Counted from the stretch's first letter, positions 39,596-50,451 are shown. The stretch is 64,000 nucleotides of DNA from an uncultured Chloroflexia bacterium (GCA_963703345.1 OY969814.1:1760001-1824000), one strand, 5' to 3'. A program made the numbers and translations. The notes: generated from the letters alone by a model not told the origin.

Positions 39596-40342
39596 CTACA
39601 TGAAGCTCATGCCCATGCCCGAGCGGTTGCGCTGCATTCCGCCGTGCCACATGGGCGAGTTGCTGTTCTGACCGTTGCTCTCCGGCGTGGCGGAAGGCGT
39701 CTTGGACGTGTCGCGCTTTTGGTCGATGATCTGGTCTAGCTTGCTGCTCAGGTTGCTCTTGATCTGGTCGGCGCGCGTTTGGGTGATCTTGCCATCGGTC
39801 ACGGCCTTGTCGACCTGCTGATCGACGGCGGTGGTGATGTCGCTCTTCAGGTCATCGCGGGAGACGCCCTGCGCGGAGGCGATCTCCGCCAGGCTCTTTC
39901 CGCTCTTGAGCTGGTCCTGGATCTGCTGCGGCGTGAGGTTGAGCTTACCGGCGACCGCCTGGACTATGCTCTGGAGGCTGGCGCCGAACTCGCCCTTCCC
40001 CATCATGCCGAATCCGCCGAACCTACCGCCCATACCCAGTAGGCCAGGGAAGTTCCCGTTCTGAATCTCCTGGTTGAGCTTGTCGGCCTGCTGCTGGGTG
40101 ATGGTGCCGTCCTTCAGCATCTGGTCTACCGTGTCGCTGGCGGCACCCTGGACGTCGGTCTTGAGCTGGTCGGAGGAGATACCGAGGCGGGTGGCGAGGA
40201 AGCCGAGGAACTGGTCTACCCTGGTGCTCGAGCCCGATCCGCCGCTACCGCCTCCCTGTGCCAGCGCAACGCCCGTTAGGACTCCCGCCACGACTACGGC
40301 GAGCAACGCGAAAGGCAGAACGAACTTCAGTACCCTCTTCAT
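39596..40342 (-). CDS. Exported helical-repeat hypothetical protein
   Basis: Signal peptide; repeated DGTITQQQAD/DGKITQTRAD; GKSLAEIA. Confidence 0.75.
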   Translation of the reverse strand: MKRVLKFVLPFALLAVVVAGVLTGVALAQGGGSGGSGSSTRVDQFLGFLATRLGISSDQLKTDVQGAASDTVDQMLKDGTITQQQADKLNQEIQNGNFPGLLGMGGRFGGFGMMGKGEFGASLQSIVQAVAGKLNLTPQQIQDQLKSGKSLAEIASAQGVSRDDLKSDITTAVDQQVDKAVTDGKITQTRADQIKSNLSSKLDQIIDQKRDTSKTPSATPESNGQNSNSPMWHGGMQRNRSGMGMSFM

Positions 40343-40461
40343 CACGCTTCTCCTTACATACAGCACAAAGCTACAACACAAAGCTTAAGGAGGCACGGCT
40401 AAGGCGTCAATAAGGATGTGTAAAAAAACGGTTAAGACCGCTGCTGAGGTAGTCGTAGAGG

Positions 40462-42036
40462 CTAGATTCGAGCACGGCGGACGGAGAAGATGTCGGGGAC
40501 GGTGGTTAGCTCCTGGACGACTTCATCGGAGGGCGCGCTATCGAGGCCGAGCACCATCATCGCTTTGCCGCGCTCGCCGGCGACGCGCATGGAGTTGATG
40601 TTGACGTTGTGCTTGCCCAGGATCATGCCGACGGTGCCGATCATGCCGGGCCGGTCGACGTTGTTGCAGATGAGCAGGTGGCCGGCGCCCGGCGACACGT
40701 CGACCCAGAACTCGTTGATCTGGACGATGTGCGGCCCGTCGTGGCCCATCGTCCCGGAGACGGTGGTCATCCCGTCTTTCGTCGCGGCGCGCACCTGCAG
40801 GAGGTTGCTGAAGATGCCCTCATAGGCGCCCTTGCGCTCGCTTATCCGCAGGCCGCGGTGCTCGGCGACCAGGTTGGCGTTGACGATAGTAACGTTCTCT
40901 TCGCTGACCGGCTCCAGCAGGCCTTTGATGACGGCGGCTTTGAGCGGCGTCACGTCGTGGTCGGCGATCTCGCCCAGGTACTCCACTTCGACCGCACTTA
41001 GCTGACCAGCGCTGAGCTGAGTGGCCAGCGACGCCGTCATAATGGCGACGTTGACGTAAGGCCCGATGATCGCCATCGTCTCCGGCGGCAGGAGCGGCGC
41101 GTTCACGGCGTAGGCGGGCGGCTGGCCGCGGAAGACGGCCGCTATCTGATCGGCGACGTTGACGGCGACGCGCTCCTGCGCCTCGGCCGTAGACGCGCCC
41201 AGGTGCGGCGTAACGATGATGCGGTCGCTCTTGAAGAGGATGTTGTCCTGCGCCGGCTCCTTGCTGAACACGTCGAAGGCGGCACCGGCGACGCGTCCCT
41301 CTTCGACGGCGTTGTACAGCGCCTCTTCGTCGACGATGCCGCCGCGCGCGACGTTGATTATGCGGACGCAGGGCTTCACGAGCCGCAGCTCTTTCTCGCC
41401 GATGAGGCCGCGCGTCTGTGGCGTGAGCGCGGTATGGATGGCGATGTAGTCGGCGCGCTGGAGCAGCTCTTCGAGCGAGACCATCTCGACGATGAGCGCC
41501 TGCGCCCGCTCTTCAGAGACGAATGGGTCGCAGGCGATGATGTGCATGTCCAGGCCGCGCGCCCGCTTCGCCACTTCGGAGCCGATCTGACCGAGGCCGA
41601 TTATGCCCAGCGTCTTGCCGCGCACTTCGACGCCCATGAAGCGCTGCCGCTCCCACTTTCCGGCCTTGAGGGCGGCGTTGGCCTGCGGGATGTAACGCGA
41701 GAGCGCGAGCATGAGGGCGATGGCGTGCTCAGCGGCGGAGATTGAATTCCCCAGGGGCGCGTTGACGACGATGATGCCGCGTCGAGTGGCGGCGTCGAGG
41801 TCGATGTTGTCGACGCCGGCGCCGGCGCGGCCGATCACCTGCAGTCGCCTCGCCGCGTCGATAACGGGCGCAGTGACCTTCGTCTCGCTGCGGACGACGA
41901 GGGCGTCGTACTCGCCGATGATGCTTATCAGCTCCTCGACAGGGATGCCGAGCTTGACGTCGACCTGGGCGCAGCGCTGTAAGGCGGCGATGCCGTCCTG
42001 CGAGATCGGATCGGTAACGAGAACCTTGCGGTCCAT
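40462..42036 (-). CDS. serA: D-3-phosphoglycerate dehydrogenase
   Basis: VRSETKV, RAGAGVDN, GLGQIG, PHLGAST; ASB and ACT domains. Confidence 0.96.
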   Translation of the reverse strand: MDRKVLVTDPISQDGIAALQRCAQVDVKLGIPVEELISIIGEYDALVVRSETKVTAPVIDAARRLQVIGRAGAGVDNIDLDAATRRGIIVVNAPLGNSISAAEHAIALMLALSRYIPQANAALKAGKWERQRFMGVEVRGKTLGIIGLGQIGSEVAKRARGLDMHIIACDPFVSEERAQALIVEMVSLEELLQRADYIAIHTALTPQTRGLIGEKELRLVKPCVRIINVARGGIVDEEALYNAVEEGRVAGAAFDVFSKEPAQDNILFKSDRIIVTPHLGASTAEAQERVAVNVADQIAAVFRGQPPAYAVNAPLLPPETMAIIGPYVNVAIMTASLATQLSAGQLSAVEVEYLGEIADHDVTPLKAAVIKGLLEPVSEENVTIVNANLVAEHRGLRISERKGAYEGIFSNLLQVRAATKDGMTTVSGTMGHDGPHIVQINEFWVDVSPGAGHLLICNNVDRPGMIGTVGMILGKHNVNINSMRVAGERGKAMMVLGLDSAPSDEVVQELTTVPDIFSVRRARI

Positions 42037-42058
42037 TCTTCCTTTCGCCGGAAGCAGT

Positions 42059-43156
42059 TTAGACGGCGGCGGCCGCGAATCCGACCCTCGGCAGCGCCAG
42101 CTTCAGGGCGTCGAGGCAGGCGGTGATGTCGGCGTCGCTGACGAGGCCGAGGTGGCCGATGCGGAAGATCTTGCCCGCTAGAGCCGCCTGTCCGCCGGCG
42201 AGGACCGTATCGTACTCCTCGCGCATTAGCTTGACGAGCGCCTTGCCGTCGACGCCTTCCGGCACCTTGACGGCGGTGACGGTGTTGGAGGCGAACTTCT
42301 CGTCGGCCAGCAACTTCAGCCCGAGCGCCTTCACGCCATCGCGGGTGAGCTTGCCGATGCGCTGGTGCCGGGCGAAAATGCCGGGCAGGCCTTCGGCAAG
42401 CATCATCTTGAGAGCGACGTCGAGGGCGAAGAAGACGGAGATGGCGGGAGTCCAGGGCGTCTGGTCGGTCTCCATGTACTTCTTCGCCTTCCCCACATCG
42501 AAGTAGTAGCGCGGCATCTTTGCCACGTCGTAGGCCTTCCAGGCGCGTTCGCTCACCGAGATCATGGCCAGCGCCGGCGGCACCATCCAGCCCTTCTGCG
42601 ACCCGGTGACGACGACGTCGAGGTCCCAGGCGTCGACCGGGCAGGGCACGGCGCTGAGGCTGCTGACAGCGTCGACGATCACTAAGGCGTTGTGCTTGCG
42701 GGCGACGGCGGCCAGCTCCTTCAGGGGGTTGGTCACGCCGGTGGAGGTCTCGTTGTGCGTGAATAGGACGGCCTTGTAGCCGGGCGCGGCGGCAAGCGCC
42801 TTGTCGAGCTCCGCGGGATCGGCGGCGGTGCCCCAGGCGAAAGGCAGCTTCGTCACGTCGGCGCCGTAGGTCTTGGCGATGTCGGCGAAGCGGTCGCCGA
42901 AAGCGCCGATCGACACGACGAGCACGCGGTCGCCGGGCGAGAGGAAGTTGACGACGGCGGTCTCCATGCCGCCGGTGCCGGAGGTGGTGAGGATGAAGAC
43001 GTCGTTTTCGGTCTCGAAGACCTTCTTGACGCCGGCAGTGAGTCGCTGCAGTATGCCGCCGAACTCAGGGCCGCGGTGGTTGATCATCTGGCGGGACATC
43101 GCCTTCAGGGCTTCGTCGGCACAGGGAGTCGGTCCGGGGATTCGCAGGTTCGTCAT
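42059..43156 (-). CDS. Class V PLP aminotransferase (alanine-glyoxylate/serine-pyruvate family), probably phosphoserine aminotransferase here
   Basis: IPGPT, HNETSTGV, VDAVSS, GSQKG, FRIGHLG; directly upstream of serA. Confidence 0.9.
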   Translation of the reverse strand: MTNLRIPGPTPCADEALKAMSRQMINHRGPEFGGILQRLTAGVKKVFETENDVFILTTSGTGGMETAVVNFLSPGDRVLVVSIGAFGDRFADIAKTYGADVTKLPFAWGTAADPAELDKALAAAPGYKAVLFTHNETSTGVTNPLKELAAVARKHNALVIVDAVSSLSAVPCPVDAWDLDVVVTGSQKGWMVPPALAMISVSERAWKAYDVAKMPRYYFDVGKAKKYMETDQTPWTPAISVFFALDVALKMMLAEGLPGIFARHQRIGKLTRDGVKALGLKLLADEKFASNTVTAVKVPEGVDGKALVKLMREEYDTVLAGGQAALAGKIFRIGHLGLVSDADITACLDALKLALPRVGFAAAAV

Positions 43157-43269
43157 GGCTGCCTCCGTGTGTAGTGTGACTTCATGGTAGTCATTAGTGA
43201 AAATTGGATCAAGTGAATGGACTGCCGACTGTGTTAGAATAGCTGATACTCCAATCGAAGGGAAGCGCC

Positions 43270-44649
43270 GTGACAAGCCCCTATCGCCGGTTGCCCAGCG
43301 TCGAGCGCCTGCTGAGCGACGAGCGACTCAGCGGCTTCAGAGACGTCTACGCGCCGCACATCGTCGTCGAAATGGCGCGCGAGGAGCTGGAGCGCATCAG
43401 GGCGGCCATCGCCGGAGGCAAGGCAGCGCCGTCGTACGAGGAGATCGTCGCTTCGCTCGTCGACCGGCTGAAAGCGGCGACGACGCCCGGCCTGCGGCGC
43501 GTGATCAACGCAACGGGCGTAATCATCCACACCAACCTCGGCCGCGCGCCGCTTTCGGCGGAGGCGATGGCCGCCATGAGCGCCGTCAGCGGCGGCTACA
43601 GCAACCTTGAGTTCGATCTTGCGGAAGGCGAACGCAGCAACCGCCACGTCCACGTCGAATCGCTGCTCCGCCGGCTGACCGGTGCGGAAGCGGCGCTGGC
43701 GGTCAACAACAACGCCGCTGCCCTCCTCCTGGCGCTGTCGGCGCTCGCGCGTGAAAGAGAGGTCGTCATCTCCCGCGGCCAGCTCGTCGAGATCGGCGGC
43801 GGCTTTCGGATACCGGAGATCATGGCAGAGAGCGGCGCCCGCCTCGTCGAAGTGGGCACGACGAATCGCACCTACCTGCGCGACTACGAGGCCGCCATCA
43901 CGGAGAGGACGGCGGCCTTCCTGCACGTCCACACGAGCAACTTCCGCATGGTCGGCTTCACGGAGTCGGTATCGACGGCGGCGCTGGCGCGGCTGGCGCA
44001 CGAACGCGGGCTGCTGCTGCTGGACGATCCGGGCAGCGGCTGCCTGCTAGATACGACGCAGTTCGGCCTGGGCAAGGAGCCGACGCTCCAGGAGACCCTC
44101 GCGGCGGGTGCGGACCTGGTCTTCTCATCCGGCGACAAGCTGCTCGGCGGGCCGCAGGCGGGCATCGCGCTGGGCCGGCGCGAGCTCGTCGAGACGCTGA
44201 AGAAGCACCCGCTGGCGCGTTCGGGACGGCTGGACAAGGGCGCGATTGCGGCGCTGGCGGCGACGCTTCTGCATTATGTAAAGCAGGAGGCCACCGAGAA
44301 GGTGCCCGTCTGGCGGATGATCGCCCTGCCGGCAGCGGAGATCGAGGGGCGCGCGAAGGCGTGGGCGAAAGCGCTGGCGAAGGCGGCGCGCGTCGTCGAC
44401 GGCCGGTCGATGGTCGGCGGCGGCAGCTTGCCGGAGGAAAGCTTGCCGACGAAGCTGCTGGCGCTCGGCGGCGACTCGCTGGACGTCACGTCGCTTGCCC
44501 GACGGCTGCGGCTCGGCGATCCGCCGGTCGTTGCGCGAGTGGAACGCGATACGCTGCTCCTCGATCCGCGCACGGTCAACCCGAGCGAGGACGCGCAGGT
44601 CGTCGCCGCGCTGCAAACCGCGATACGTACTTCCCCAACGCCTGACTGA
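43270..44649 (+). CDS. selA: L-seryl-tRNA(Sec) selenium transferase
   Basis: INATGVIIHTNLGRA, VNNNAAA, EIGGGFRIP, SGDKLLGGPQAG. Confidence 0.95.
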   Translation: MTSPYRRLPSVERLLSDERLSGFRDVYAPHIVVEMAREELERIRAAIAGGKAAPSYEEIVASLVDRLKAATTPGLRRVINATGVIIHTNLGRAPLSAEAMAAMSAVSGGYSNLEFDLAEGERSNRHVHVESLLRRLTGAEAALAVNNNAAALLLALSALAREREVVISRGQLVEIGGGFRIPEIMAESGARLVEVGTTNRTYLRDYEAAITERTAAFLHVHTSNFRMVGFTESVSTAALARLAHERGLLLLDDPGSGCLLDTTQFGLGKEPTLQETLAAGADLVFSSGDKLLGGPQAGIALGRRELVETLKKHPLARSGRLDKGAIAALAATLLHYVKQEATEKVPVWRMIALPAAEIEGRAKAWAKALAKAARVVDGRSMVGGGSLPEESLPTKLLALGGDSLDVTSLARRLRLGDPPVVARVERDTLLLDPRTVNPSEDAQVVAALQTAIRTSPTPD

Positions 44650-44723
44650 TCCACCATCGAGCGGAAAACGACTGAGCCCCGATATTGTGGGGGCCCAGTT
44701 GTTCAGCGCGACCCGTTCTCAGT

Positions 44724-47192
44724 TCAGTGGTTGCCAAAGGGGTTAATCGGACAACCAGCCTCGTTCGCGGCCTCAAACATGTTCGTTGTCGCCGCATAGT
44801 CGCCGCTGTCGAACGCCGCTTGGAAGGCGGCAATTACCTCCGCCGGCGTATCGATTGCCGGTGGAGGAGAGGTGTAAGGGTTGGTGGCATTCAAGAGAGC
44901 CGCGACGGCCTGCCGGCCCAAGGCGCTCAAGCCACCGCCACCGTACCAAAGGACGTGAAGCAACGGAGGGTCTCCGGCAAACGCATTACGCCCAAACACG
45001 CGGTTGAAGGAATCTGACGGCCTATAGAGCGTCTCCAGCCAGGGCCAGGTCCATCGCCTCCAGAAGCCAAGCGAGCAACCGGTCACTCGTGAGGGTGTTG
45101 TGGCCGGCGTGGGCGTTGCCGTCTTCGTTGGTTTCGGCGTTACCGTTTGACACGGCGGTTTTGGCGTTGGCGTCGCCGTCTTCGTCTTCATCGCCGTCGG
45201 CGTAGATGTCTTCGTTGGTTTCGGCGTTGCCGTCTGACACGGCGGTTTTGGCGTTGGCGTCGCCGTCTTCGTCTTCGTCGGGGTCGGACTCGCCGTATCC
45301 GTCGGCGTCGGCGTAGCGGTATCCGTAGGCGTCTGAGTGGCAGTGTCGGTCGGCGTTGGCGTCCACGTGTCCGTCGGCGTGTTCGTCGGCGTGTTCGTCG
45401 GCGTGTTCGTCGGCGTGTTCGTCGGCGTGTTCGTCGGTGTGTTCGTCGGCGTATTCGTCGGCGTGTTCGTCGGCGTATTCGTCGGCGTGTCCGTCGGCGT
45501 GTTCGTCGGCGTGTTCGTGATCGTCGGCGTGTTGGTCGGCGTGATCGTCGGCGTGTCCGTCGGCGTGTTCGTCGGCGTGTTCGTGATCGTCGGTGTGTCC
45601 GTCGGCGTGTTCGTGATCGTCGGCGTGTTCGTCGGCGTGTTCGTGATCGTCGGCGTGTTGGTCGGCGTGATCGTCGGCGTGTTCGTCGGTGTGTTCGTCG
45701 GCGTGTTCGTGATCGTCGGCGTGTTGGTCGGCGTGATCGTCGGCGTGTTCGTCGGTGTAATCGTCGGCGTGTTCGTGATCGTCGGCGTGTTGGTCGGCGT
45801 GATCGTCGGCGTGTTCGTCGGTGTGTTCGTCGGCGTAATCGTCGGCGTGTTCGTGATCGTCGGCGTGTTGGTCGGCGTGATCGTCGGCGTGTTCGTCGGT
45901 GTGTTCGTCGGCGTAATCGTCGGCGTGTTCGTCGGCGTGTTCGTCGGCGTCGCTGTAGCGGTATTCGTCGGGGTGGGAGTAGGCAGGCAATTGTAGAAGT
46001 CAAGATCACTGCTGTTGCCGTCGGCCGCAACCGTCCGCTCGTAGCAGACACCATAGGGCAGATGCAAGCCGGTACCGCTGGAAGGCGTTGGGGCGCTCTG
46101 TATGCGACCGGGCTGCGCCGACAGGTCCTCGCAGATGGCGTAAGTGCCGGACGGCACGTTCTCGAAAGTGTAGACGCCCGTGTTGTCGGTGGTTGTTTCC
46201 CCCGCCAGCGTTTCGCCGGGAAGCTGCAGCAGCTTGATGGGCACGCCGGCGAGCGGCGAATTGATTCCGGCACTGCCGTCGCAGTTCTGATCGTCGTACT
46301 TGTGGCCGGAGAGGTTGACGCAGATGTCCGCCATCTCCAGCGATATCTCACTGTAGATGTCAGGAAGCGTCGAAGCGTCCTGGACGATACGCGTGTAGCC
46401 GGGGCTCTTGGCGATGTCCGTGAGAAGGGAGGTGTCAAGCTCGTCGGGGTTGCACGACATGGGATCGCAGGGCAGGTGATAGGCGCCGCATGTCGAGCTG
46501 CCGATGCCGACGGTGTAGACGGTGTCAGCGGCGGCGTGAAGGCCCGGGATGGCGTTCTCTGTGTCCGCTCGCCTCTGATGAGTCGCGTCGCAGGTTGTGC
46601 CGTAAGTAGGATCGCCGTCGGCGTAATTTCTGCCGTCTGAGAGGACGACGACGGCCTTGTAGGAGCCGTTAGGGCCGCCATGGACGTGCGCATTCAGGTC
46701 ATTCGTCGCCCTCGTGAGGGCGGGAGCGATGTAGGTGTCGGTTTGTGGCGGAGGATTGGTGATTCCGTTGACTGCCGCACGAATGGCGTCGGCGTCGCTG
46801 CTGAAAGGGATGACGAGATTGATGGGCGCCCCTCCGTCGAAAGTCATCACCTCGACGTGGTCGTTGCCCAGGCTGTGACCGGAGGGCCCGCCGGCAATCG
46901 CGTCGACAAGCGTTACCGCGGCTATCTTAGCCCAGTAAAGGCGGGTCTTTGGCGGGCTGCCGCTGTAGTTGGTGATCATGCTGCCTGTCCGGTCGATGAT
47001 GATGACCACGTCGAGGTCGGCCGGGACGAGACATTGAGCCGGCGGAGTCGCATCAACGACTCCCGCGGACTGCGACATGGTGGCCGCGCTGCCCCTGGCC
47101 GAGTTGACGATACATAAGGCGACAACCGCGGCAAGCACTATGATGAACGAGGGCACAACTAATCGAGCCCGGAGAAGCTTCTTGCGACTCAT
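44724..47192 (-). CDS. Exported VWA-domain surface protein with CnaB/SdrD-like domain and long Thr/Pro stalk
   Basis: MIDAS DRTGSM...VVLSDG; SGHKYDD...[11 protein letters not shown]; long TPTN run; C-terminal GCSLGFW...AVAALLNA domain. Confidence 0.85.
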   Translation of the reverse strand: MSRKKLLRARLVVPSFIIVLAAVVALCIVNSARGSAATMSQSAGVVDATPPAQCLVPADLDVVIIIDRTGSMITNYSGSPPKTRLYWAKIAAVTLVDAIAGGPSGHSLGNDHVEVMTFDGGAPINLVIPFSSDADAIRAAVNGITNPPPQTDTYIAPALTRATNDLNAHVHGGPNGSYKAVVVLSDGRNYADGDPTYGTTCDATHQRRADTENAIPGLHAAADTVYTVGIGSSTCGAYHLPCDPMSCNPDELDTSLLTDIAKSPGYTRIVQDASTLPDIYSEISLEMADICVNLSGHKYDDQNCDGSAGINSPLAGVPIKLLQLPGETLAGETTTDNTGVYTFENVPSGTYAICEDLSAQPGRIQSAPTPSSGTGLHLPYGVCYERTVAADGNSSDLDFYNCLPTPTPTNTATATPTNTPTNTPTITPTNTPTNTPTITPTNTPTITNTPTITPTNTPTNTPTITPTNTPTITNTPTITPTNTPTITPTNTPTITNTPTNTPTNTPTITPTNTPTITNTPTNTPTITNTPTDTPTITNTPTNTPTDTPTITPTNTPTITNTPTNTPTDTPTNTPTNTPTNTPTNTPTNTPTNTPTNTPTNTPTNTPTDTWTPTPTDTATQTPTDTATPTPTDTASPTPTKTKTATPTPKPPCQTATPKPTKTSTPTAMKTKTATPTPKPPCQTVTPKPTKTATPTPATTPSRVTGCSLGFWRRWTWPWLETLYRPSDSFNRVFGRNAFAGDPPLLHVLWYGGGGLSALGRQAVAALLNATNPYTSPPPAIDTPAEVIAAFQAAFDSGDYAATTNMFEAANEAGCPINPFGNH
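45110..45975 (-). repeat. Coding tandem repeat (12-nt TPTN-type units, interspersed TITN units) plus a duplicated [14 protein letters not shown] block
   Basis: GTCGGCGTGTTC and variants repeated many times. Confidence 0.95.
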
Positions 47193-47435
47193 TTTTCGCT
47201 CCTCTTCCCATAAGGACGCACTGAATGACTTCTCCGGGGCGGGGGCAGGAGCAAGCCTGGTCGGGGATTCTTGCTTGCCTATTAAAGCACAAATTCTCTC
47301 GTATGTCTATACGGCCATCGCCGTCCGAAGCTGAACATGACCACTTTCTTCGTGTTGGGAGGCAAAGACGGAGGCCGGCGCCGGCCGCGACAGATTCGGC
47401 GAGCAGCAACGCCTCGCGGAGGCGAGAGATGGAGG

Positions 47436-47451
47436 ACTGGCTCCCCGAGCA
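47436..47451 (-). repeat. att-like copy of the tRNA-Asn 3' end
   Basis: ACTGGCTCCCCGAGCA is identical to 50381-50396. Confidence 0.6.
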
Positions 47452-47508
47452 CCAGGGAGGGGCGCCAGTTGTTACCGGCGAGGCCCTAACTTCTCACGCG
47501 CGACCGAT

Positions 47509-48069
47509 CTGATCATCGCCGACACGGGCAACAACGTCGTCCGCTGGGTCCACGGCCCTTCCGGCCTGATCGGTACCCTTGCCGGCACGGGAACCGCCGG
47601 TTTCTCCGGCGACGGCGGCGTTGCCGTTCAGGCCAAGCTCAACGGCCCGGAGGCCCTGGCGTCCGATGGTTCCCTCGCTGTCCTCATCGCCGATACTCAG
47701 AACAACCGGCTGCGCCGCGTCACCTTCGGTGATGCCACGATCACCACCGTCGCCGGCGGCGGCAGCGGCTGCGATGCGAATCAGACGGCGCCCTACGACG
47801 GCTGCCCGGCGACGGACGCTGTCCTCGATCATCCAGCGGGAGTCGCTCTCGGAAGTTGCCAGACCTCGGATACCGGCAGTCAGGCTATCCGCGGAATCGA
47901 TTCGTGCACCGGGTTGCCCGTCGGCGGCTTCACCGGCTCGACAGGTTGCACATACGGCACGACGGCCACTATCGACGTTGTATTCATGCTCCTTCCTCTC
48001 GGGCTGGTCCTCAGCCGAAGGCGCATCAGATCCATGTTCGGACAGATTCGGAGGGTGAGCAAGCTATGA
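47509..48069 (+). pseudogene. 5'-truncated NHL-repeat surface protein fragment
   Basis: Frame lacks a start codon; LIIADTGNNVVR...LAGTGTAGFSGDGG...IADTQNNRLRRV; ends in a TM helix + RRR with ATGA overlap to the next gene. Confidence 0.8.
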
Positions 48070-50072
48070 GCTTCGTCAGGCGCGGGGCCCGAACCGTCTT
48101 GGCGTTCGCAATCTCGGCAGCCGTCCTTGGTGCGGCCGCAAGCGCCCTAATGGCGGTATTCCCCGCATCGGGAAGGACGGCCGTCGCCACCACCCCCTAC
48201 CCTACGCCGGCTCTGAAGTGGGACGTGTCCATGTCGGACAAGATACCCACTCCCGCTATAACATGCCCGCAGCAGCCGCCGGGGGACAATGATGGAAACA
48301 TCGACCCGGGCGAGTCTCCCAACGTGACCAACGAGTTTTGGATTCAGCCGAACGGTGGTGTGGGCGGAGCTCAGCCCATGTTTGATAGAGCAAATGTCAT
48401 ATGGATGACGGGGCCGCTTCTTGGGAGCGATGTGACGGCGCCGCAAGACGGCTTGGCCCCCAAGCGGGTCAATACGGTGGGCGCCAAGGTGGGCATGGTC
48501 AGCATTCAGATGCAGTCGAACATGTTCACGGGAACGTTGACCACAAACAACATCGATGATATCGCCAGCGCCGCAGACTCCACGCTTAACGGCCAGCCGC
48601 CGCGCTGTGGAGCCGACGTCACCGGCGACGGCCGTCCGGACACGCTTGCTCTTACGGACTCCTTCGAGCTTTGGAACGCCGCCTTCCACACGGACGGCAG
48701 CGACCCCATCATCGAGTACGGGGAGGCTCAGGCGCCGGACAGTGCATTTCCGTCCGGCTGCGACGTGAGTGGCAGTACTCCGAATCATGCGTGCGCTCCC
48801 CGGGCCATACGCGGACTACCAAGGCCCATACTGGCCCTCGAGACCGCCATGGGCTTGACGTCGGCTTCCAGGGTGAGTCGCGCCTACGGTATCGCCAAGC
48901 TTCCCATCGTCGGCGGCATCACCAGTAATCTCGACGTCAACTTCCTGGTCTACAGCCTGCATAACAAAGGGACAAACGGCTACTTGAGTGTCACCCTCAT
49001 CCAGTATCCGGGCCTGCCCTCAGCAGATCCAACCAACGCGAACTACAACCCGCTGTCGCAGAGCGTCCAGACCTGTCCTCCCTATTGGAGCTCGGCCACC
49101 GTCTACGGCGTCACTTCCAGCCCTGATTTCGATGAGGACGGAGTGTCTGACCTAGCCGTGACGTCGGAGATCAACCGCCTAGTTCAGCCGCAAACGGTGA
49201 CGGGGAAGTCCTACGACTACTACATCGAGACCTCCATGGCCGCCGACTACGACGGCGATGGGATTCCCGCCTATGCCGACCGCTGTCGCACCGATCCCGC
49301 TTCGGGCAGCGCCACCAGCGACAGCGACGGCGACGGCCTATCGGGGACCTGCGACACGAACGGCCAGAACAACACTCCAGCGAGTGGGAGCTGGAAGAGT
49401 AAGCCGCCCTGGGACGACAACCAGGACGTGGACCATGACGGGATCCTGAACTCTGTGGACAACTGCCCGACCGCCTGGAACCCCGACCAGAAGGACACAG
49501 ACGGCGACAGCGTGGGGGATGCCTGTGACCCTGCCCCCACAATCCCGGGCGACGGGCACGGCTACGCTAGCCCGGCCCCCGGCATGTTCGTCCGCTATGT
49601 CGACATCTGCCGGGATCCGTGGACTGTCGGCCAGCCTGAGCTGAGCGGCAGCGGCGACCCCGGTCGACAGTGCTTGAAACAAGACGGCGTGATCACGAAC
49701 TGGCAGGACTCCAATAATGACGGCGTGCCCGACTACCTAGACATGAGATCCTTAACCCCACCCGGCCCCCTTCTGGCTGACTGCCACAGCGATAGCGACC
49801 ACGACGGATTCGTGGATGCAATGGAGGCGGCGCCCACTAATGTGGAGCCCTGTCCGGCATTCGGGTTTGCCAAAGCCAGCGACCCACTCGATGCCTCCTC
49901 TCCAGGAGGTGGGGTAGCTGTTGGCGGGATAGCGGAGCCACCCACCGAATCAGGCTCCTACGCTGAACATGGTTCCGCGCTTCCCTTCAGTGTCCTCGCC
50001 GCGCTCATGCTTCTCGCCGCCGTCGCCGTCCTCATCGCGTTCGGAGACTGGTACCGTCGCCGGCACAACTGA
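48066..50072 (+). CDS. Secreted surface protein with thrombospondin type-3-like Ca-binding repeats and C-terminal membrane anchor
   Basis: Signal peptide; DYDGDG, DVDHDGILNSVDNCP, DTDGDSVGDACD; VAVGGIAE + TM helix + RRRH. Confidence 0.85.
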   Translation: MSFVRRGARTVLAFAISAAVLGAAASALMAVFPASGRTAVATTPYPTPALKWDVSMSDKIPTPAITCPQQPPGDNDGNIDPGESPNVTNEFWIQPNGGVGGAQPMFDRANVIWMTGPLLGSDVTAPQDGLAPKRVNTVGAKVGMVSIQMQSNMFTGTLTTNNIDDIASAADSTLNGQPPRCGADVTGDGRPDTLALTDSFELWNAAFHTDGSDPIIEYGEAQAPDSAFPSGCDVSGSTPNHACAPRAIRGLPRPILALETAMGLTSASRVSRAYGIAKLPIVGGITSNLDVNFLVYSLHNKGTNGYLSVTLIQYPGLPSADPTNANYNPLSQSVQTCPPYWSSATVYGVTSSPDFDEDGVSDLAVTSEINRLVQPQTVTGKSYDYYIETSMAADYDGDGIPAYADRCRTDPASGSATSDSDGDGLSGTCDTNGQNNTPASGSWKSKPPWDDNQDVDHDGILNSVDNCPTAWNPDQKDTDGDSVGDACDPAPTIPGDGHGYASPAPGMFVRYVDICRDPWTVGQPELSGSGDPGRQCLKQDGVITNWQDSNNDGVPDYLDMRSLTPPGPLLADCHSDSDHDGFVDAMEAAPTNVEPCPAFGFAKASDPLDASSPGGGVAVGGIAEPPTESGSYAEHGSALPFSVLAALMLLAAVAVLIAFGDWYRRRHN

Positions 50073-50169
50073 AGCTGCCCAATAGCGGAAGCGACCGGAG
50101 ATCCGCCTTCGCGAAGCCCTTCTCGCAGTCGAAGGAGCTCCCCTGTTCCCAGTCCCTGGCCCGCTCGAG

Positions 50170-50424
50170 ATGGGCTTCGTCGCGACGGAGACAGTGCGGA
50201 CGGCTCTTGGCGAGTTCGGCAGGGTTTACGAGTGTCTCACGCCGTACGAGCGGAAGGAACTCGTACGGCTCGTCCTGCGCCGCGTCGAGGTGAACGACCG
50301 ACAGATCGCGATGGAACTGTACCCCTTCGACTTGCCACAAACGGAGGTGGCCCAGAGCAGTTTACGCTCTGAGCCACCAAACTGGCTCCCCGAGCAGGAC
50401 TCGAACCTGCAACCTAGCGGTTAA
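50170..50424 (+). pseudogene. C-terminal remnant of a probable large serine recombinase reading into the tRNA att site
   Basis: LTPYERKELVRLVLRRVEV pattern; tail WLPEQDSNLQPSG is encoded by antisense tRNA-Asn; no catalytic domain visible. Confidence 0.65.
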
Positions 50425-50451
50425 TCCGCCTCGGGCGGACCCGCTCTACCG
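50383..50451 (-). repeat. Partial tRNA-Asn copy (D-arm to CCA) with palindrome-disrupted anticodon arm
   Basis: 42 nt identical to the tRNA 3' half, then TCCGCCTCGGGCGGA, then CCCGCTCTACCG. Confidence 0.9.

Noticed and set aside
45022-46693. Arg-rich, DEHA-repeat and VGVF-repeat ORFs
   Set aside because: Alternative frames and strands of the 12-nt TPTN coding repeat.
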